DNA of 64,000 nucleotides from an uncultured virus (IMG/VR IMGVR_UViG_3300037963_002079) (IMGVR_UViG_3300037963_002079); one strand, 5' to 3'; positions 50,570 to 61,205 are shown, counted from the first letter of the stretch. The notes: a model not told the origin generated them from the sequence alone. Numbers and translations are program-made.

Positions 50570-51172
50570 TTATTGTTTTTGTTCTGCGTTTATTATCTGA
50601 TAATTTGGATTTTCAATATTAGCTGTCATTTTTCTTACAACTATTTTTAGAATATCATGTTGATAATGTTCTGGAATATCTTCCCACTCACTAACAGTTA
50701 GGTGTGATAAAAATCTTATACTGAACTCGTCAGTAGATGTAAAGTCAATAGACCCGCCATTATTAAAGAATAACTTAGGTTCTCCTGATTCCTGTGTTAC
50801 CGCACATATTGGATTGTTTTCGTCTACACTTTTAAACGGATTACTTGTACGTGTTAATTCACTAAATTCGTCATCTGATACTATTTTACATGTTACACCA
50901 TTTAACACAGCATTTGTTAAGTGTAAATAGGATATATCAAATGTAACACTATCTGTTGACGCTGTAACATTACCAGTACTTTCAGTTGCTGAATATCTAT
51001 TTCCAATTATTTCAGAATAATCTTGATTTATTCTCATAAGAGCATACCTAGAGTTTAAAAACTCTGTTATAGACATATTGATAAATTTATCTTTTTCATC
51101 ATCTTGAAAATATGGTTGATTTGCTTTATCTAATAATAAATCTAAATATTCGTACGCATCTGTGAGTGTCAT
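50570..51172 (-). CDS. head-tail adaptor / ring protein
   Basis: LLLDK...YF...EKDKFIN and IPEHYQHDIL motifs. Confidence 0.65.
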   Translation of the reverse strand: MTLTDAYEYLDLLLDKANQPYFQDDEKDKFINMSITEFLNSRYALMRINQDYSEIIGNRYSATESTGNVTASTDSVTFDISYLHLTNAVLNGVTCKIVSDDEFSELTRTSNPFKSVDENNPICAVTQESGEPKLFFNNGGSIDFTSTDEFSIRFLSHLTVSEWEDIPEHYQHDILKIVVRKMTANIENPNYQIINAEQKQ

Positions 51173-51178
51173 TCGTTA

Positions 51179-51916
51179 TTACTTTTTTAAATTATCTATT
51201 TCTTTTTCTATTTCAGAAATTGCAGAACCAGCTCTTAGTGGATGTTGTTCCACTTCTTCTAATTCAATAGTTTCTTCTACAGGTGTTACTCCAGTTCTAA
51301 GTTGGTGTTTTAATAATGCGTATGTATCACCATTATCTTTTAACCATACAATAGCCTGGTCATCTGTCATACCTATATTAAGTGTATTATGTTTCCATAC
51401 ACCATTTACTTTTGTTAAAAGTTTTTCATTAAAAGCTTTTTTCAAAAATATTCTATGTTCTTTATCAATGTCGTTTAATTGTTCTAAGAACTTTGCTGGT
51501 TTTGTACTCGCGTGTTGTATTATTTTAGCTCTTAACAACATTTCTTGTAAAGTACTATCCAGTCCAAGTAATAAAGCAAAATCTTTTAATTCTTGTTCTT
51601 TTAGTTGTGAAGCTGTTGTCACAGCTTGTGCTGACAAAATTGATGTTTCTGCATTCTGTCTTTCTGTTGCAGACACATCTTCAACTATAAACTTTTTTAT
51701 TAGAGGATGGTCTTTTAAAAACTCATATACAGACTTGTCGTACTCGTCATTTATATTAAGTGATACAACTGCGTTAAACATTTCATATCCACTTGTTTCT
51801 AATCCATTTATGTCTATTAATTTTTGTATTTTACCTCTTTTATCTTTGTAAGTACCAAACTTACAGTAATTAAATTTTTCTGGTTTTCTTGCTTTAATTA
51901 ATACGATGTGTTTCAT
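51179..51916 (-). CDS. conserved crAss-type structural-module protein
   Basis: YEFLKDHP, PAKFL and AIVWLKD motifs; downstream of the capsid gene. Confidence 0.6.
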   Translation of the reverse strand: MKHIVLIKARKPEKFNYCKFGTYKDKRGKIQKLIDINGLETSGYEMFNAVVSLNINDEYDKSVYEFLKDHPLIKKFIVEDVSATERQNAETSILSAQAVTTASQLKEQELKDFALLLGLDSTLQEMLLRAKIIQHASTKPAKFLEQLNDIDKEHRIFLKKAFNEKLLTKVNGVWKHNTLNIGMTDDQAIVWLKDNGDTYALLKHQLRTGVTPVEETIELEEVEQHPLRAGSAISEIEKEIDNLKK

Positions 51917-51945
51917 TTTATTTATTTTTTATTAATACTCCCTAT

Positions 51946-52149
51946 TTATTTGGATAATTTCTTACCCTTATTTTCTTTAATTATTCTTCCGTTTTCTACC
52001 CATGTTTTATTGGCAGACTCTGTTCTCCATTTGAATCCAGACTGCCCGCCTATGTAAAATCTTTTTTTGTTTTTATCAGCTTCTGCAGCTTTCTTTTTTA
52101 AGTAATCTGGGTCACCTGATAAATCTTGTAAATATTTCATTAAATTCAT
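51946..52149 (-). CDS. hypothetical basic protein
   Basis: 67-aa ORF in the operon. Confidence 0.5.
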   Translation of the reverse strand: MNLMKYLQDLSGDPDYLKKKAAEADKNKKRFYIGGQSGFKWRTESANKTWVENGRIIKENKGKKLSK

Positions 52150-52206
52150 GGTCTTCGTTTTAAGAATTTGGGGGAGCCTAAACTCCCCCTAAACTCTAAT
52201 TATCTA

Positions 52207-52761
52207 TTAAGATTCAGCATCAGCAAAAGGTGTAGCCAATGTACCATCTCCAACTAGTACTCCAGAAACTAACCAATTAGTTCCATCACATACTATTCGA
52301 ATATGACCACCTGGGTCGTTACCCTTTGTAGCAGCGTCTAAATTAATAAAATCATTACTGTCATTGTCAGAATTAAAATGTTCTGATTTATCGGAAGTAT
52401 CTTTATCAACAAGGACAAGTCCTCCAATAAAGTAACCATCACCAACTGTAATGTGTGTCGCATTAGAAGCTTGAGCGTGATTTATCATAATATCTACATA
52501 CCAACCAGCTCCTGCTTGAGCAGCAGTTGGTAAAGTCAAGATACCAGCACTAGTATCACCTGTTACAACGATACTACCACTATCACCGTTCTCTATACTC
52601 AAAGCAGAACTCCATGTAATAATGTTAGCTTTTGCTGCTCTTAATTGTGGAACAAAGATAGCTTCTTTTCCACTTGCAACCGCGGAACCGTCAGATTGAG
52701 AACCAGGTAAAAAACCTCTAATTGCAGTTCTTAGTTTGTTAAAATCAAATTTTATTGCCAT
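52207..52761 (-). CDS. capsid decoration / auxiliary capsid protein
   Basis: DSG...LTLPTAA..G, DGTNWLVSG, LATPFAD; start moved to MAIKFD at 52761. Confidence 0.6.
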   Translation of the reverse strand: MAIKFDFNKLRTAIRGFLPGSQSDGSAVASGKEAIFVPQLRAAKANIITWSSALSIENGDSGSIVVTGDTSAGILTLPTAAQAGAGWYVDIMINHAQASNATHITVGDGYFIGGLVLVDKDTSDKSEHFNSDNDSNDFINLDAATKGNDPGGHIRIVCDGTNWLVSGVLVGDGTLATPFADAES

Positions 52762-52845
52762 TTTTTTTAAATTTTTAAAGTTTATAAATAGGAGACCTGC
52801 ATTAAGGCACAATCTTCTACAGGCCCCCGTTAATTAATTATATGC

Positions 52846-53142
52846 TTACGCAGATATTGCAACAGCAGCACACGCAGTAACATTTGGCATAAATACACTA
52901 TTTATGTCGTCAGCAACTGTATACACTCCTCTTGTTTCAGTTAATATTCTACCAAGTTCTTTTAAGACCTCATCACCTTTTCCAGAATCTACAGTAATAT
53001 CAGCGGTTCCGATTCCGTTGTCGTCACCAGCAAATGATATTTCAATATTAGTGTCTGATGTAGCGGAAATAAATCTTACAGCATTACCAGGTATTAGAAT
53101 TTTTTCATCTGCGTCTTTTATTAAAACTAAACAATTTTTCAT
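52846..53142 (-). CDS. small capsid-associated protein
   Basis: 98-aa ORF immediately after the major capsid gene. Confidence 0.55.
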   Translation of the reverse strand: MKNCLVLIKDADEKILIPGNAVRFISATSDTNIEISFAGDDNGIGTADITVDSGKGDEVLKELGRILTETRGVYTVADDINSVFMPNVTACAAVAISA

Positions 53143-53168
53143 TTTTTAAATTTTTTAAAGGTTAATAA

Positions 53169-54716
53169 TTACGATACAGAAAGGATACCACAAGATAATG
53201 GGTTTCTAACTACGATACCAGTTTCAGAAAGCACGTGTGCTTCAAACTTGTCATCAGCGTTAGCAGCCAACATTGAACTTTGGTCATAAGGGTTTACCAT
53301 TCCAGAAACATATTTCTTAATCATACTTCTGTTAGTTCCCTCAGCTCCTTTAGTAACTAACTCAACATTAGATACACCAGAAGTACTTCCGAAGTCCATG
53401 AATACCATCTTAGCAGACTCTTTTAATCTGTTGTCACCAAATGAATTAGTTCCACCAGCAGTAGAGTGTAAGTGTGGGTCATCGAACACTGGACAGTAAG
53501 CGATTGTAATTTTGTTTCCTAAAGCTTGGTATGAAACGAAGTTAGCTCCTAAGTCTACATTTCCGCTTACACCTGACATAGAACCACCAGTAAACGCACC
53601 CGCTGGGGCAACGATTAATTCTTTCATAGCTCTATGGAACGCTAATCTACCTTCAGTACCAGTAAATACTACATACTCGTTACCTTCTGATTGAGTTGCG
53701 TTAAGTGATAATTTAGCAATAAACTCAGTGATTATATCTTCAGTTAAAGACCCCATTGAATATGAAGCTTGGTTTGAAGAATCAATTTGAGCTAATAAAC
53801 CATCACCTGTAATAATAGAAGCACCTGCAGTTCCTGAAGTTCCTAAAGCAGAAGAAACCAAAGCTCCTGGTCTTGCTACAGTGTTTACACCTCCTTCATT
53901 AGTTACAGACTTTCTTCCGTACCATCTTTGTAATTCTTGTTGGTACATGAACTCGTCCATCATCATTTGTTCTCTTGTAAAGTACCATAATCTAGAACCA
54001 TTGTTTTCAATCCAAGAAATATCGGTAAGGTCTTTACCTGTTACTGTACATTTCTTTCTCATTGTAGTTAAATAGTTCTTATGTGTTGATGGGTAGTAGA
54101 AGTTCTCACCTACATCAGCTCCGTTGGAACCATTTGGAAATGCAGAACCGATAGAAGCAATAATAGCTTCGTCAGCTACATCTGTTTCTAATAAAGGTTG
54201 AGCAGACGCGTCTACCATTTCAAATTTTACAACGAAATCTGTAGAAGCTGCTGAAGCAGTTGTGTTAGCAATTGGGTCTTCTACAACGATAGCAGTTGCT
54301 CCTGATTGGAATCTTACCATATCGAACTTGTTTAAGAAGTCACCAGTTCTATCTGTAGCTGTACCATCAATTATAATTTCGAATACATCACCATTAGCAT
54401 CAGCTCCATCTAAAATAATACCTGTAGTTGATGTTGGTGTATTCGTAAATGCTGTATCAGCAGATACTCCTTTAAAGAAACCTGTAGAATATGATGGTCT
54501 ATTGTATCTTCCCATTACCTTCCACTCAAAAGAGTTGTCTCCTAATACTTTTTCTTGTGCGAACCTTCCAGTTCTTTCTAATAAATACGTAGCTGAGTAT
54601 CTTGGATATTGCTGAATTAAAGTTCTAGCAATTTCTGGATACTGCATTAAAGCTGTATTTAGGGCGTTTTCTGCGGTAGTACCATTTCCGTACTCACCTG
54701 AATAAACTTTTGCCAT
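53169..54716 (-). CDS. major capsid protein
   Basis: 515 aa after portal and scaffold; FEWKV, NYLTTMRK, GDGLLAQI, VFTG, PVFDD, GIVVRNPLSCG. Confidence 0.85.
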   Translation of the reverse strand: MAKVYSGEYGNGTTAENALNTALMQYPEIARTLIQQYPRYSATYLLERTGRFAQEKVLGDNSFEWKVMGRYNRPSYSTGFFKGVSADTAFTNTPTSTTGIILDGADANGDVFEIIIDGTATDRTGDFLNKFDMVRFQSGATAIVVEDPIANTTASAASTDFVVKFEMVDASAQPLLETDVADEAIIASIGSAFPNGSNGADVGENFYYPSTHKNYLTTMRKKCTVTGKDLTDISWIENNGSRLWYFTREQMMMDEFMYQQELQRWYGRKSVTNEGGVNTVARPGALVSSALGTSGTAGASIITGDGLLAQIDSSNQASYSMGSLTEDIITEFIAKLSLNATQSEGNEYVVFTGTEGRLAFHRAMKELIVAPAGAFTGGSMSGVSGNVDLGANFVSYQALGNKITIAYCPVFDDPHLHSTAGGTNSFGDNRLKESAKMVFMDFGSTSGVSNVELVTKGAEGTNRSMIKKYVSGMVNPYDQSSMLAANADDKFEAHVLSETGIVVRNPLSCGILSVS

Positions 54717-54799
54717 TTTTTTAAATTTATTAATTAAACATTATTTTATTTTGTTCAATTAACTTTCAACTCTAGCAGACTTTGTCTTACTTTTTTTAT

Positions 54800-55798
54800 C
54801 TACTCGCTCATGAACGCTTTTGGGTCAAAACCTTTACTTTTCGGTTGATAAGTATTTCGGCTTCTTCCCGTGTTAAGGCTTGGCGATTGTATTTTGTCCA
54901 TAAGACTCTTACTACCCTCGTTACGACCTTGTGAACGAAGAATGTCTTTAATTTGGTCTTTGTATAACATAAACATGGCCACATCTGCAACATTGGCATG
55001 GTCTGACCATAATTCTTTTGACATACTATTAACAGCAAATCTGTACGCTTCTTCTTTCTGTTGTTTCGTTATTTTCCCGCCCATAAACCTGTCCATATTT
55101 TTAAATTGTTTTTGCAATCCTTTTCTAGCTTCCTGAACTCTTCTATTTTGTTCTTCCTTAGTTTGTTTTGTTTCTCTTACTAAATCTTGTCTTTGTTGTT
55201 TTATAGCGTTTTTAATGGTTCTTTTGATTTCTCTACCTTTTAAAGCAATCATACCATTTTTCATCATTTTGTCTACAGTGTCATCTATTTCGTCATCTGT
55301 TAGACCATCTGCTTTTAGTTCTTCTATAACTAAATCTTTGTTTGAGAAAGACAAATAAGTTTCTAATGTTCTTATTTGTTCGTTTGAAACTTCTTCAGTT
55401 TGTGGTTCCTCTTGTTTATTGTTAAGAGCGTTAAGACTTTCTCTTATCTCATCTTTTGAAGCTCCTTCCATTCCGAGTTGTTTTGAAACTAAGTCCCAAT
55501 TAATTTCATCTCCTGATTCATTAGTCTCTTCTGTACCGTCCCAGTTATAAGTTTCTTCTTCTACTTCTGATTCTTCTTTTTCTTTTTTTTCCCAAGACCA
55601 TCCGTCTTCTTCTTCTTCTTCTGTTTCTACAGATTCATCTGTAGTTTCTGTTGTTGTTTCCGTAGCTATTGGACCAACTTCTCCTGTTGGTTCGTCTTGT
55701 GTAAAAGCTAGTGGATTAAACTTGTTTAAATCGTTTTCTTCTGTAGCAGGCGTATCATTTACAACCTCTTCTACTAATTTTGAATTTTCTTCTGACAT
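54800..55798 (-). CDS. putative scaffolding protein
   Basis: Very acidic N-terminus, helical core, between portal and capsid genes. Confidence 0.7.
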   Translation of the reverse strand: MSEENSKLVEEVVNDTPATEENDLNKFNPLAFTQDEPTGEVGPIATETTTETTDESVETEEEEEDGWSWEKKEKEESEVEEETYNWDGTEETNESGDEINWDLVSKQLGMEGASKDEIRESLNALNNKQEEPQTEEVSNEQIRTLETYLSFSNKDLVIEELKADGLTDDEIDDTVDKMMKNGMIALKGREIKRTIKNAIKQQRQDLVRETKQTKEEQNRRVQEARKGLQKQFKNMDRFMGGKITKQQKEEAYRFAVNSMSKELWSDHANVADVAMFMLYKDQIKDILRSQGRNEGSKSLMDKIQSPSLNTGRSRNTYQPKSKGFDPKAFMSE

Positions 55799-55825
55799 AT
55801 TATTTTATTTTTTGTTCCCTATCTG

Positions 55826-55833
55826 CAAATATA
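55826..55833 (-). promoter_or_regulatory. TAnnTTTG -7 promoter element for the capsid operon
   Basis: TATATTTG in the intergenic gap. Confidence 0.7.
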
Positions 55834-55837
55834 CAAA

Positions 55838-58099
55838 TTAATTTACATTTTTTTCTTTTGCTCTTATAATATCTTGTATTGATGGTTTTTCACTAGGTGG
55901 ACCTTGACTCTCCGCTGACTTAGAAGCAGCTTCTTTTCTCATGTCTGCCTCTACGTCACTATCATGCATATCACGCTTGTCATCTGACGACATACGAGCA
56001 ACTTCTAATCTAGACTCAGCTCCGATTTCCGCCACTCTTATCTTAGCTTCATTATCTATCTGTTTCAATTGAGCTTCTCTTTCAAACTTTTGTTGTTCCA
56101 TTTGTTCTTGCATTTGCATTTGTTGCATTGCTTGTTGTTGTTGTTGTGCAGCTTGTTCTTTTATTTGGTCCATACCTTTTTCTAAAACTTTTTCAGCTTC
56201 AGTCATTGTATCAGCTTTAATAACTTTTAATATATTTAAGAAATCTATTTGACCTGATTGTAAAGCTGATTGTGCTAATTGTTGTACCACTTGTTTCATA
56301 GCGTCATCTTTACCACTGTCTCCAACATATACACCATAATCCTGTAAAGCAATATCAGGCATTACACTGATAAATTTATACGCACCATCTCCTAATATTA
56401 AAGCTGCTTTCTTTCCGTCCGCCCAAGCAATCTTCATATAGTTTGCTAGTCTTTCTAAAACTCTTTGTTTTACTTCTGCATGTGAATAGAACCATGACTC
56501 TGTTATAGTAGAAGATTGTACTACACTTCTTTGTACATTACCTACATATTCATATTGACCTACAGCACCTTCTCTTTGTCTTGTAACACCAGATAACTGA
56601 CCAGCCATATCCTCTAACATAATTTTTAAATTAATTAGTTGTTGTACAGATTGTGATAATGTAAAATCGACTTGTTGAAACTGATTAAATGAACTTACTT
56701 GTCCTCCTTCGTCTTTAGAGTTGATTGGTATAATACCATCTGTTTTTAAATGATACAATACAGTCTGCATGTCCATACCTACATTGGTTGGTATTTGTGA
56801 AGTATCGTATACCACAGCTTTACCACCTGAACGAGCCATAGCTAATTCTATTTGATATATAACTATATTATATAACATCTGTGTATTGTGTAATAAATCT
56901 ACCATAGATGTATTTGTACCAGTTGTGTTTCCATATATACACCCTACATATGATAGTGGTGTTCTACCTGGGTCATCAACTGACCTTACTTGATTATCTC
57001 TACGTTTTGCTTTTGTTAAGATTTTACCACCAATTTTTGTAGCTTCCCAAATGTCATCCACCCATTTTATTTCTATTTCTTCTCCCTTTCTTTTTCTGTA
57101 TGTATCCTTTACCATTTTTCTAAATGGTCTGTCTGGGTCATATTTGTTAGGTGACACCTTAAACTTAATAGCTCTAAGTGATTTCCATTCACATGTTACT
57201 ACACGTATACGATTTTCTCTACCTCTAGAACTGTCTATCCACATAAACTGTGTGTTATAGTCATCTAGGTCTTGTCCATACGCGTGTCTCATTTCGTCTA
57301 TTAACCTTAAGTCTTCTTCTGACAAGAATTGTTTGTATTCATCAGCTATTTCGTTTGCAGATAAAAATCTCTCTTCACCCACCCAAGCTGCATCATCTAT
57401 ATAATCTGAATGTACACTTGAATCGTATATTATAGCTCTTGGGTCTATCCTACGCGCGTGTGGGTCTCCATTTAGTATCTCTACTTTGTAAAACTCCTTA
57501 CCTGTTACAAGTAAATCTCTAAAACCTTCTTTAAACTTATCTTTTAAGTTGTATCTATTTAACACATATTCCAAACCATCCTGTGCAACTTCTTCTACCA
57601 TTTCTCGGTAGTTATATTTCATAAATGTATCTATATCATCAGGAACTGGCATACCTTGTCCTTCGTCAGTAATTGGAGCTCCATAATTCTCTTCAAACTC
57701 TTTGTGTATATCCTGTAATAAATTTTTCATTTTCAAAGCTACCTTGTAATCTAGTTTTCTAACTACAGCTTCTTTATTGACAGTAGAGACTTTCATGTCT
57801 ATAGGTCTTTTAAGGTCTTCACCTACCAATAAGTCAATCTTTGGCGTAATAATAGGATAATTAACCAGTCTAGCTGGATAGGTTAATCCATACTGTTCTG
57901 TTATATATGTATAGTCGTCTTGGTTTATTTGACCATTATAAATACTATAATTTTTAATGTCTTTAGTTCTAGAACTTTCATATGGACTTTCTCCATATGT
58001 CATATAACTTATGACCGCCTCTAGAACTCTATTACACCATTCGTCATTTTTTTCTTTTTCAGAAACCATCATAGATGGAAAACTAGTATTGTATGCCAT
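55838..58099 (-). CDS. portal protein
   Basis: 753 aa after TerL; NYPIITPKIDLLVGE, SGVTRQREG; Gln-rich coiled C-terminus. Confidence 0.9.
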   Translation of the reverse strand: MAYNTSFPSMMVSEKEKNDEWCNRVLEAVISYMTYGESPYESSRTKDIKNYSIYNGQINQDDYTYITEQYGLTYPARLVNYPIITPKIDLLVGEDLKRPIDMKVSTVNKEAVVRKLDYKVALKMKNLLQDIHKEFEENYGAPITDEGQGMPVPDDIDTFMKYNYREMVEEVAQDGLEYVLNRYNLKDKFKEGFRDLLVTGKEFYKVEILNGDPHARRIDPRAIIYDSSVHSDYIDDAAWVGEERFLSANEIADEYKQFLSEEDLRLIDEMRHAYGQDLDDYNTQFMWIDSSRGRENRIRVVTCEWKSLRAIKFKVSPNKYDPDRPFRKMVKDTYRKRKGEEIEIKWVDDIWEATKIGGKILTKAKRRDNQVRSVDDPGRTPLSYVGCIYGNTTGTNTSMVDLLHNTQMLYNIVIYQIELAMARSGGKAVVYDTSQIPTNVGMDMQTVLYHLKTDGIIPINSKDEGGQVSSFNQFQQVDFTLSQSVQQLINLKIMLEDMAGQLSGVTRQREGAVGQYEYVGNVQRSVVQSSTITESWFYSHAEVKQRVLERLANYMKIAWADGKKAALILGDGAYKFISVMPDIALQDYGVYVGDSGKDDAMKQVVQQLAQSALQSGQIDFLNILKVIKADTMTEAEKVLEKGMDQIKEQAAQQQQQAMQQMQMQEQMEQQKFEREAQLKQIDNEAKIRVAEIGAESRLEVARMSSDDKRDMHDSDVEADMRKEAASKSAESQGPPSEKPSIQDIIRAKEKNVN

Positions 58100-58100
58100 T

Positions 58101-59918
58101 TTAATTCATTTTTATTGGTATGCCGTTTCTACCACGTTTATAATATTTCAATCCTATATCTATTACTTCTTCTTTTTCATGTACTCTCATTCTAAAGTTG
58201 TCTATATTATGTATTAGACATATACCAAAAGCCATAGCTCGGTCAGTATTTTGTAAACCATAATTTGCCAACTCATCTATCAAATCTAAAAACCATATGT
58301 CTCTCACATTTTCTCTAATGTAATCATCTATCAAATCTTCCAACAAACTCTTAACCTGTTTATTCATATGGACACCATATTGGTTTCTTGTCCTAGAATT
58401 AGGGTTGTGAGCTGACTTAGGTTTTTCTTTCAAATATTTCAACGCGTTCATACGTTTAAAGTAATCTAAAATACCTATCTTTGTATATTCAACTAACATC
58501 TTAGCATTATAATACACAGCTAACTTTAAACAACCGTCCCAAAAATCTTCTTTTTTAGGCGGTCTATCAGTATATTCAGCTACCACGTAATCACTTGGTA
58601 TATTTGTATTTGCAAATCTACGATAAATTATTGCACTTCCCAAAGAATTTGACGCTCCAGCGGTATCTTGGTCGTAAGAATCGACTCCACCAATGTCAAT
58701 TCCCTCGTATTCTGTCATTGGGTGAGCTAAAATTTTGTATGGACCCTCTGGGTGTGGTTTCCATTTTACTTTCATTTCTCCACTATCTGTAAACACCCAA
58801 TCTAAATATCCGTTTTGTATTTGACTTGTATAGTCTTTACTACTTAGTATTCTACTTCTTTGTGCATTTAACAATGATATATCAAACCTACTTTGTTTAG
58901 TATTCAAAAAAGCTTCTTGTATAGTTAATGGATAGTTTTGTATATGTAGATTGTAAGCTTCATTATCACCAGATTGTCTAATATTTTCTCTTTCTTCTTG
59001 TAATGTTTCTTCAGCTCCAATGACATCTTCTACACCTGTTTCTACATCAAAGAAACCATAGTAGGCTTTTGAAGCTGGTATAAACATAGGTATTAAATTA
59101 TAGGCGTCATGACTATAATACATATCCATAAAATCTTTAGACGCTCTTGATATATCACCTCCAGTACCTCCAATTATCGGTACACCAAACTGTACATTAC
59201 CATCCATAAAACATGCCTTAGACGACATGTATGCATTTTTCAAATGTTTAAACTCTCCAGCTTCTTCGAATACCATTAATGACAAACGCTCTCCCTTAAA
59301 TACTTCTGGATTATCCATCGTTCTGCATATAACTGTGGACTGGTAACCACCAATCTCCCACTTACCATCTTTGTTTTTCTGTTTATAGCCCGAACGTAAT
59401 ATACCATCTGTATCCTTTAGTACTGAGTGTTTGAAATTAGGATGAATACCATTCAACCCTTTTTTAGTCTTATCAAAAAATGCGTCAGCAGTGGCCTGCA
59501 AACCTGCCGCTACACCAATATCATTGTATGGAAAGAAAGTATACTCATGAGCTACCATACCAGAGTTCATATAAGAAAACCCTTTATCTCTGGCTTTAAT
59601 AATAATCATACCCTTTCCTTCCTCTTTACAAGTTTCAAAAAGGTTAAAATACTCTCTATCCATTTCCCTGTACCATGGATGTATTAATGACTTTCTTCCA
59701 CCTTTGGAACCGTCATTACCCAATATATAATAAAAATTCAGGTAGAAGTAATACTTACCTGAAATAGCTGGCATACCTTTTGGTTTAAAACCATTTATAC
59801 ACCTATCTTGTTGTTCAGACCACCATTCCTGGTATTGAACTGAGTTTTCGTCTAAATCTGGAAAACCGTTGTTTGGAATTGGCCTGTACCTTTGTGGATT
59901 AAATTTAATTTTACCCAT
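58101..59918 (-). CDS. terL: terminase large subunit
   Basis: KARDKGFSY Walker A, FEEAG Walker B, GGTGG, GVDSYD nuclease motif, DRAMA. Confidence 0.93.
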   Translation of the reverse strand: MGKIKFNPQRYRPIPNNGFPDLDENSVQYQEWWSEQQDRCINGFKPKGMPAISGKYYFYLNFYYILGNDGSKGGRKSLIHPWYREMDREYFNLFETCKEEGKGMIIIKARDKGFSYMNSGMVAHEYTFFPYNDIGVAAGLQATADAFFDKTKKGLNGIHPNFKHSVLKDTDGILRSGYKQKNKDGKWEIGGYQSTVICRTMDNPEVFKGERLSLMVFEEAGEFKHLKNAYMSSKACFMDGNVQFGVPIIGGTGGDISRASKDFMDMYYSHDAYNLIPMFIPASKAYYGFFDVETGVEDVIGAEETLQEERENIRQSGDNEAYNLHIQNYPLTIQEAFLNTKQSRFDISLLNAQRSRILSSKDYTSQIQNGYLDWVFTDSGEMKVKWKPHPEGPYKILAHPMTEYEGIDIGGVDSYDQDTAGASNSLGSAIIYRRFANTNIPSDYVVAEYTDRPPKKEDFWDGCLKLAVYYNAKMLVEYTKIGILDYFKRMNALKYLKEKPKSAHNPNSRTRNQYGVHMNKQVKSLLEDLIDDYIRENVRDIWFLDLIDELANYGLQNTDRAMAFGICLIHNIDNFRMRVHEKEEVIDIGLKYYKRGRNGIPIKMN

Positions 59919-60186
59919 ACCTTAACTTTCTTGGTTTGTCAAAACCAAAAACATTTTTGTTACTTAATTTATTTTGCTCCTTTGTTTCGTACCAATTTCT
60001 TAAATCTAATTGATACTGTTTTAAACTATAATCATTATACTTATTTGCCTTTTCTAAATTCCCTGTAGTATAATGTTTTTTAAACTGTGACTTTAAATAG
60101 GTTACAATTCTTTTTTTATCTTTACCTTTTATAGATATATCTTGTTCTTTAAACTGTATTGGTTTTCTGACACTTTTCTTAAACAT
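59911..60186 (-). CDS. hypothetical basic protein
   Basis: 91-aa ORF overlapping terL. Confidence 0.6.
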   Translation of the reverse strand: MFKKSVRKPIQFKEQDISIKGKDKKRIVTYLKSQFKKHYTTGNLEKANKYNDYSLKQYQLDLRNWYETKEQNKLSNKNVFGFDKPRKLRYG

Positions 60187-60511
60187 GTTGTTCTTTTAAT
60201 CTAAACATTCTACCCTGACAACAACACATTCCATTTGGTTTTACGTTACCTCTGTATCTCATGCCATGTGCAGCTTTTTTTGTTTTTTTGTATCTAGAAA
60301 CTCTACCTTTTTTATTTTTTTCTTTTTTTGCTCTAGCTTTTTCAGATGGTGATAATTCTGACCATGTAGCAGGTGTATCTTTGCTTATACGTTTAGTTGG
60401 CCTAAAAGTATTTTCACCTCCAGAATAATCTTTCTTACCTCTAGGTGTTCTCCAATCTTCCTTAAACCATCTTTTTAATCTAAGTCCAGCTTTTGTTTTT
60501 CTTACAGCCAT
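60179..60511 (-). CDS. small basic phage protein (DUF5872-like) ending QHV
   Basis: LKRWFKEDW...RPTKRISKDTP motif. Confidence 0.65.
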   Translation of the reverse strand: MAVRKTKAGLRLKRWFKEDWRTPRGKKDYSGGENTFRPTKRISKDTPATWSELSPSEKARAKKEKNKKGRVSRYKKTKKAAHGMRYRGNVKPNGMCCCQGRMFRLKEQHV

Positions 60512-60513
60512 AA

Positions 60514-60843
60514 TTAATCGTGTTGTGGGTTATTTCTAAAATGCACTTTACCTCCTTTATTCCATTTCTTTACTGCTTTTGCAAAATCTGAACCAGGAGG
60601 AAAATTTTTTTTAACTGTAGTTTTTATACCTTTTTTTACATCTCTTTTAACGTCTCTATAAACTCTTTTTCCTTCTTTGAGTCCTCCTTTTAAACTTTTC
60701 ATAGCGCTATCAAAACTTCCCATTTCAAGATTTGAAAAAAGTCCATGTTCTTTCCAATTGTAAGGTTTTCCACTTACGTGACTATACCCTTTTTCAGAAA
60801 ATGATTTTTTCTTTTTCTTTTTCTTTTTCTTTCCGTCACTCAT
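60514..60843 (-). CDS. Lys-rich protein ending QHD
   Basis: Poly-Lys N-terminus; WNKGGK...PQHD*. Confidence 0.6.
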   Translation of the reverse strand: MSDGKKKKKKKKKSFSEKGYSHVSGKPYNWKEHGLFSNLEMGSFDSAMKSLKGGLKEGKRVYRDVKRDVKKGIKTTVKKNFPPGSDFAKAVKKWNKGGKVHFRNNPQHD

Positions 60844-60845
60844 AA

Positions 60846-61034
60846 TTAATCGTGTTGTGAGTAGAATACTCCTCCAGATTTATATTTCATTCCTTTTGCT
60901 CCTTTCTTTTTGGATTTGTTCCCCCAATTTGCAGCTCCTACTTTACGGCATTTGGCCATAGCTCCACTTCTATAAGCAGATGTTTTAGGTCCATAACGAG
61001 CTACTACTTTATGATAACAAGCATCTTTTGGCAT
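60846..61034 (-). CDS. small basic protein ending QHD
   Basis: KDACYHKV...SAYRSGAMAKCRKVG...YKSGGVFYSQHD*. Confidence 0.65.
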   Translation of the reverse strand: MPKDACYHKVVARYGPKTSAYRSGAMAKCRKVGAANWGNKSKKKGAKGMKYKSGGVFYSQHD

Positions 61035-61204
61035 TATTTTTTCTTTTTAGATTTATGTACTTTTTGTATATCAAAACTGGCGGACAAACTTCCACCAGGG
61101 TGTTTTTTGAATCCACCCGCAGGGTTTTTCATTAATTTGTAGGTATTGTTACCTTTTTTCATCCAGTGAAATCCAGCTGGTGCTTTAACAGTTTTTCTTG
61201 CCAT
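61034..61204 (-). CDS. small basic protein (56 aa, not in ORF track)
   Basis: MARKTVKAPAGFHWMKKG...KVHKSKKKK*; TAATG coupling to the next gene. Confidence 0.65.
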   Translation of the reverse strand: MARKTVKAPAGFHWMKKGNNTYKLMKNPAGGFKKHPGGSLSASFDIQKVHKSKKKK

Positions 61205-61205
61205 T

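Noticed and set aside
58101..59918. Intein or intron in terminase (also checked DnaB and capsid)
   Set aside because: Normal lengths, continuous motifs, no splicing or homing-endonuclease signatures seen
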